DNA from: a virus
Direction: 5' to 3' (one strand)
IMG/VR virus record: IMGVR_UViG_3300045988_126454
Location: 1-15,486 of that record
DNA length: 15,486 nt
In this document: positions 11,498 through 15,486 of the stretch, one piece after another
Position numbering within the stretch: position 1 is the first letter of the stretch
Layout of the letters: each line of letters starts with the position of its first letter
Position numbers and translations under genes: made by a program
The notes under the pieces: model-generated
What the model was told of the DNA's origin: nothing
Seen by the model: the letters and a program-made list of their open reading frames with translations, nothing else
Database searches by the model: none

Positions 11498-13645
11498 TTA
11501 TTCGCAATTATCTATAAAATTTTTTCCTATAATTTCCGAGTATTCATCGGTAATGCCTAGAGTATAAGTTGTGTCAATTATGGCTATATTTGACGCTGTT
11601 GTAAACGTTGATTTTTTACCTATATAATCTGTTATTGTTATCGAATGTATGCTCGATTCATTGAAATAAGACACGGTGCGACCAGAATCAGTAAATAACT
11701 TTCCAATTTTAAAATCAGAAATTCCGTTTCCGCGCTCTAACTCTTCCGCACCTTTTTGTTTTGAAAGTCCAGATACAGTAACATGTAACTTGTTATCTTT
11801 GCTATCTATGTATGCGTACTTTTTAGCACCTAGCGTTTTAAATTTTTTATAATTACCATCGTCATCCCATATCCCTAAATAAAAACGCGTTACAGTACCA
11901 TCCTCATTTTGACGATCTGCATAATTGCGATAACGTTGTTTTTTTGCTAATAAGTAATCATTTCGATCTTTAAAGCTTTGTAAATGCTGTTTTCCTATAA
12001 ATTTTACACTATCAGTATCAGCATAGACAAAGTCCCACCCAACGGCATCTATCATCTTTTGCAACTCCCAACGCGCATTGGCAGTAATATAAACTCCCCA
12101 TTGATAAAGCAAAAATGAATTTTTTGATGTAGAATACTGTGCTATTGATTCTATTAAATCCGGTGTAGCCTTAGACCATTCGCCATTATCGTAAACTATT
12201 TCATCGTGACATATATCTGTAACCATCGTACCAAAAACAGAATTTAAGCTATTTTTACTTTTCATATACTCATATTCTTTTCCTTTTACGTCCTTAAGCT
12301 GTGTTTTTTTGTCGTAAAAATCTAACATAGTGCTTACTATTGGCGCGGGCAGATAATCTTTTTTCGCCATGTAACCGCATATCCACTCTATGCCCTCAAA
12401 ATGATATTGATTGCAGATAATGATAAAATCTAGTTCTGTGCAAGCATACGTTACCCATTCAGCCGATAACACGCGCCCGTTGTCGTTTATATACTCTTTA
12501 CTAAATGATGTACAATGCGCAAAGTCTATATATGGCACTGTAACATCGTCATGTAGTGTTATAGATTTAAAAGTAACTTGCATAATTATAGCGTTTTTCT
12601 TTTTGTTACAATCAGATAATAATTGTGTAAAGTTTTTTGGTATATACTCTATAAACGGTGTCATAGGGTACAAATCCGAGCATATACATGCTGGATAACT
12701 TGATACTCTATCCATACTGTAAACGTTGTCTATGATTGCGTCTGCATAATATCTGCTAGCATGAGTATTTCCTCCGCGAAAAGCTTTTCGCAATAGTGTA
12801 TATACTGCAGGCGTAGGCATTAGACTTTCGAATAATTCTCTATAATGTTTGTCCTCTCTGCAAGCTTTGCGCATTTCACGCCGCACATATCCGGTCGAGG
12901 TCAAAGGTATTGTTGCCAACGTGTCGTTATAATCATCCAATTTTGATAAAATACATTCCTCTAGTCCTTTTACATCGTTATAATCATATGATAACTCTGT
13001 TTCTGTTTGCGGCGTATCTGGTGTCCGTATTTTTTTATAATCATATCTATCTTCTAGTTTGTGATGAACACAAAATTTTGAGTTTTCGCAAAACTTTGCT
13101 AAACTCATATTTGACAAAAAGTAGCTACACCTAAATTCAAAATGCGGAAATGTTTCACGTGAAACATCTAACCTGTTTACCGTTCTTAAATAATCAGACT
13201 TTAAACAAGCGTTAAATTTAATAATCTTGTGCGCTTCACGTGCAAAAAGAGATTCGATATATAAAAAATCCTTTACAAACATAAATTCATAAGCTAAATT
13301 ATGAACATATATAACTAATTGTTTTGATGCTGATAATTCTAGGTATTCCCCTAGCTTGCTTAAAAACTTTGTAAATTCTTCCCAACGTGTGCCAAAACAA
13401 ACATTTCCTTTGTAAGAAAACTGCCAATGGTACATAAATGCATAAGGTTTTTCGCTGTTTATTGTTGTAGTTTCTATATCAAATGTTGCAGGACTATCTA
13501 TATAAGCAATAGCCCTTTTCCCTTTTTTTCTGACTGTAGTATAATTCCAATTTATTAGATTATATGGATAATCGTATACTGTGTAAACTGTTTCATTTTT
13601 TGCATATTCTTTCCCGTTTTTCGTATAAAATGTTTGTATTACCAT
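11498..13645 (-). CDS. Protein-primed family-B DNA polymerase (phi29 gp2-like), 715 aa
   Basis: Motifs occur in canonical order: ExoI FDIETTT, ExoII YVHNLAYEFMF, ExoIII YDYNDVKGLEE, motif A DRVSSYPA, motif B KSKNSLNSVFG, motif C YADTDS, and KxY GAKKYAY. Its ATG overlaps the upstream gene's stop (ATGGTAA). Confidence 0.93.
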   Translation of the reverse strand: MVIQTFYTKNGKEYAKNETVYTVYDYPYNLINWNYTTVRKKGKRAIAYIDSPATFDIETTTINSEKPYAFMYHWQFSYKGNVCFGTRWEEFTKFLSKLGEYLELSASKQLVIYVHNLAYEFMFVKDFLYIESLFAREAHKIIKFNACLKSDYLRTVNRLDVSRETFPHFEFRCSYFLSNMSLAKFCENSKFCVHHKLEDRYDYKKIRTPDTPQTETELSYDYNDVKGLEECILSKLDDYNDTLATIPLTSTGYVRREMRKACREDKHYRELFESLMPTPAVYTLLRKAFRGGNTHASRYYADAIIDNVYSMDRVSSYPACICSDLYPMTPFIEYIPKNFTQLLSDCNKKKNAIIMQVTFKSITLHDDVTVPYIDFAHCTSFSKEYINDNGRVLSAEWVTYACTELDFIIICNQYHFEGIEWICGYMAKKDYLPAPIVSTMLDFYDKKTQLKDVKGKEYEYMKSKNSLNSVFGTMVTDICHDEIVYDNGEWSKATPDLIESIAQYSTSKNSFLLYQWGVYITANARWELQKMIDAVGWDFVYADTDSVKFIGKQHLQSFKDRNDYLLAKKQRYRNYADRQNEDGTVTRFYLGIWDDDGNYKKFKTLGAKKYAYIDSKDNKLHVTVSGLSKQKGAEELERGNGISDFKIGKLFTDSGRTVSYFNESSIHSITITDYIGKKSTFTTASNIAIIDTTYTLGITDEYSEIIGKNFIDNCE
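13150..13167. repeat. 18-bp perfect palindrome ATGTTTCACGTGAAACAT (copy 3), inside the polymerase coding sequence
   Basis: Identical to copy 2. It encodes DVSRETF in the polymerase frame. Confidence 0.95.
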
Positions 13646-14136
13646 AGGCTTCTACCTTTTGCATATGTATGCATTGCCGAGCTATATTCTTGTAGTTCTA
13701 ACTTTATTTCGTTCGCTGATTTACCCTCTTTATATAACAGGTCGTATATTTCTATAATATCTTCTGATGGATTGCGCATTTTTAAGCTTTTATACTCTTG
13801 AGAGTGTAAAAAAGCGTAAAAATCTTGATCGTTTAACAATTCTTCTGATACTCCTAAGTTTCTAAGCGCTTGTGTTCGCTCTTGCCTTATCTCTCTTATC
13901 CCTGTCAATGTGTAACTTCTTGCCGTTACAAATCGTACAAGCTTCAAGTAAGCGCGCTGATTGTACTTATCTGGGTTCCATTCATCCCTTTTACCTAGTA
14001 CATTCAATACACTTTCTTTCTTATATCCAGCTTTTATGATGCGATCTCTTTGTTTGTTAGCAAGCGGCGCTAACTTTTTGTACATGTCGCGCCGCTCTTT
14101 TCCGCGCAAAGATAAGAGATAATCTTTGTTATACAT
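13639..14136 (-). CDS. Candidate terminal protein (165 aa, basic); call is positional only
   Basis: Lies immediately upstream of, and translationally coupled to, the protein-primed polymerase, like phi29 gp3-gp2. It is Lys/Arg-rich. I recognise no sequence similarity. Confidence 0.35.
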   Translation of the reverse strand: MYNKDYLLSLRGKERRDMYKKLAPLANKQRDRIIKAGYKKESVLNVLGKRDEWNPDKYNQRAYLKLVRFVTARSYTLTGIREIRQERTQALRNLGVSEELLNDQDFYAFLHSQEYKSLKMRNPSEDIIEIYDLLYKEGKSANEIKLELQEYSSAMHTYAKGRSLW

Positions 14137-14374
14137 GCCTTATCCTTTCCGCGCATATAGTAAATGCTATGCGTGTATTAGCTCTCTCTATAATGTCGTT
14201 TACATTCTCTTTTTTGTTTACCTCTACTGTTACAAATTGTACTGTAACTTCTGTGTCAACGGCAAATACTATAGCGCTCGAACCATCACTATACATTGCT
14301 ACGGTGTCCACAAGGACACCGTACCATTTTTCACATACTTTTTTAGCTATTGCAATAATTTTCTTTTTGTTCAT
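14129..14374 (-). CDS. Hypothetical protein (81 aa)
   Basis: ATG at 14374 is preceded by AAGGAGAAAA. It overlaps the next gene's start by 8 nt. Confidence 0.6.
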   Translation of the reverse strand: MNKKKIIAIAKKVCEKWYGVLVDTVAMYSDGSSAIVFAVDTEVTVQFVTVEVNKKENVNDIIERANTRIAFTICAERIRHV

Positions 14375-14383
14375 TTTTTCTCC

Positions 14384-15103
14384 TTATGATTCTGTAATCA
14401 GCACATTATAACCGCTTTTCTCAAGTGCGGCTTTCAAATTTGCGGCATTTTGCGCATTGTGAAAAGCACCTTTCTGATCTAATACGCAGACACGGTAGAT
14501 CTTGCCGGCACCTATAACTTCTGAAACGTCCTCTTCATCTTTCTCCAATGTTTTTTCCGATTCATCCGTGCCAATGCACCTTGTACCAGTGATCCCGTAA
14601 ACAATAGCCGCCGCCATTTCCTCAGCGTTGTATAACGATACATCTTTTTCAGAGCCTACAAAGCAACATTCGATAATGACGGCAGGGGCTTTTGTCTTAC
14701 GCAAAAAGTACAACTTTTCTGACTTTTTAACTCCGCGATTCTTAAAACCAAGCGAACAAATTGCATTTAAAATGTCGGTAGCTTTATCCACGGCTTTTGA
14801 TTTATCGTTATACACCCATGCTTCCGCCCCATTAGCCGCCGCAGAACTTGACGCGTTAAAGTGTATTGACAAATCAAGATCAACCGTGTGCGCATTTGAC
14901 TTCTTTACAATCTTAGTCAGCACATCAGACTGTGTAAGACCGTTTTCAACTGTACAGTCATAAACGGTGTGACCCATGCGCCGTAGTTCATCGACCACAA
15001 GATCTTTTACACGTCTGTTTTCCAAAGATTCTGAAATCAGACCTACAGCGCCGCAAGCTACTTTTCCGTGCGGGTTGTGCCCAGCATGTACATTAATTAC
15101 CAT
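14384..15103 (-). CDS. N-acetylmuramoyl-L-alanine amidase (Amidase_3) endolysin with a C-terminal SPOR-like domain
   Basis: INVHAGHN and LSIHFNAS match the Amidase_3 zinc-ligand motifs. The C-terminal KIYRVCVLDQKGAFHNAQNAANLKAALEKSGYNVLI resembles a SPOR repeat. RBS AGAGAGGGAATTAAA. No signal peptide is evident. Confidence 0.8.
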   Translation of the reverse strand: MVINVHAGHNPHGKVACGAVGLISESLENRRVKDLVVDELRRMGHTVYDCTVENGLTQSDVLTKIVKKSNAHTVDLDLSIHFNASSSAAANGAEAWVYNDKSKAVDKATDILNAICSLGFKNRGVKKSEKLYFLRKTKAPAVIIECCFVGSEKDVSLYNAEEMAAAIVYGITGTRCIGTDESEKTLEKDEEDVSEVIGAGKIYRVCVLDQKGAFHNAQNAANLKAALEKSGYNVLITES

Positions 15104-15147
15104 TTTAATTCCCTCTCTTTCTGATAGACTATTTCTATCTATAATCC

Positions 15148-15176
15148 ATTTTAAACCTAGTATATAAAATTGTCAA
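15148..15176 (-). promoter_or_regulatory. Strong sigma70-type promoter (TTGACA-17-TAAAAT) just inside ITR-R
   Basis: On the minus strand TTGACA is at 15171-15176 and TAAAAT at 15148-15153, with a 17-nt spacer. It lies about 45 nt upstream of the amidase ATG and 23 bp from the ITR boundary. Confidence 0.7.
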
Positions 15177-15198
15177 CCAGAACTTTTGTTCATGTATG

Positions 15199-15486
15199 AG
15201 TTATCCACATCGAACAAGTGTTCGTGCTAGACGGACTAATGGTGTCCGTCTACCGCGGACACTGTTTTTTCGTGTTGTGCGAACAACTTTGAAAACTCGT
15301 TCAATTGTCTGAAAACTTAAAAATCAATATGCATTATGCACAAAGATTTAGTAGATCTTTGTGCATTTTTACTATTGACAAATTGGAATAGATCAACTTT
15401 TAGGTTGCGAATTTAACATCTGATTTATCGAACGTATGTTTGTCTTTTTGGGGAAAACAGTGTCCGCGCTACACGGACTATGTAAC
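15199..15486. repeat. Right inverted terminal repeat (ITR-R), 288 bp
   Basis: Perfect reverse complement of 1-288, ending at the last base of the window. Confidence 0.95.
15336..15371 (+). terminator. Mirror copy of the ITR hairpin/T-tract, facing the right genome end
   Basis: Same 12-bp stem (15336-15366) followed by TTTTT on the plus strand. No plus-strand gene is known to need it. Confidence 0.35.

Noticed and set aside
384-15167. All plus-strand ORFs in the six-frame track: 384-725, 2419-2679, 3723-3962, 3862-4140, 4345-4653, 4788-5207, 5827-6027, 8054-8320, 8775-8987, 9672-9986, 10005-10217, 12411-12698, 12910-13134, 14126-14389, 14169-14411, 14628-14963 and 14976-15167.
   Set aside because: Each lies antisense to a well-supported minus-strand gene. 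None has a convincing Shine-Dalgarno site, unlike every minus-strand gene. Their translations are low-complexity or hydrophobic, as is typical of shadow ORFs in AT-rich DNA.
1-15486. CRISPR arrays, transposase/IS elements, integrase or repressor genes, and toxin-antitoxin or other known defence systems.
   Set aside because: There are no spaced direct-repeat arrays. No ORF shows the corresponding motifs. All larger ORFs are accounted for by phage replication, lysis, packaging and structural functions.

Overview
The window appears to be a complete linear genome, about 15.5 kb, of a small phi29-like (protein-primed) podophage. Perfect 288-bp inverted terminal repeats reach the first and last base of the window. 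All credible genes lie on the minus strand and are tightly packed, with long purine-rich Shine-Dalgarno sites. That, plus the low GC, the Amidase_3/SPOR endolysin and the holin type, suggests a low-GC Gram-positive host (inference). In transcription order (right to left) the genome reads: a strong sigma70-type promoter just inside the right ITR; an Amidase_3 endolysin; an 81-aa ORF; a candidate terminal protein; a protein-primed family-B DNA polymerase; a second strong promoter; four small ORFs, two of them paralogous; an SSB-like protein; a 346-bp ORF-free, highly structured locus; a holin; tRNA-Gln(UUG); a gp16-like packaging ATPase; a tail-lysozyme-like hydrolase; scaffold; gp8-like major capsid; gp9-like tail knob; gp10-like portal; lower collar; two fibre/receptor-binding proteins; and a hairpin terminator inside the left ITR. 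No integrase, repressor or CRISPR array is visible. Points worth a second look: the structured non-coding locus (candidate ncRNA, possibly pRNA-like) with its helically phased ATGCCRT array; a 16-18-bp perfect palindrome (TGTTTCACGTGAAACA) present three times; a tRNA in a very small genome; the internally reiterated ITRs with DnaA-box matches at their inner edges; and a Trp/Phe-core heptad repeat in a fibre protein. Protein calls rest on my recall of phi29 protein sequences and family motifs. No database search was run.
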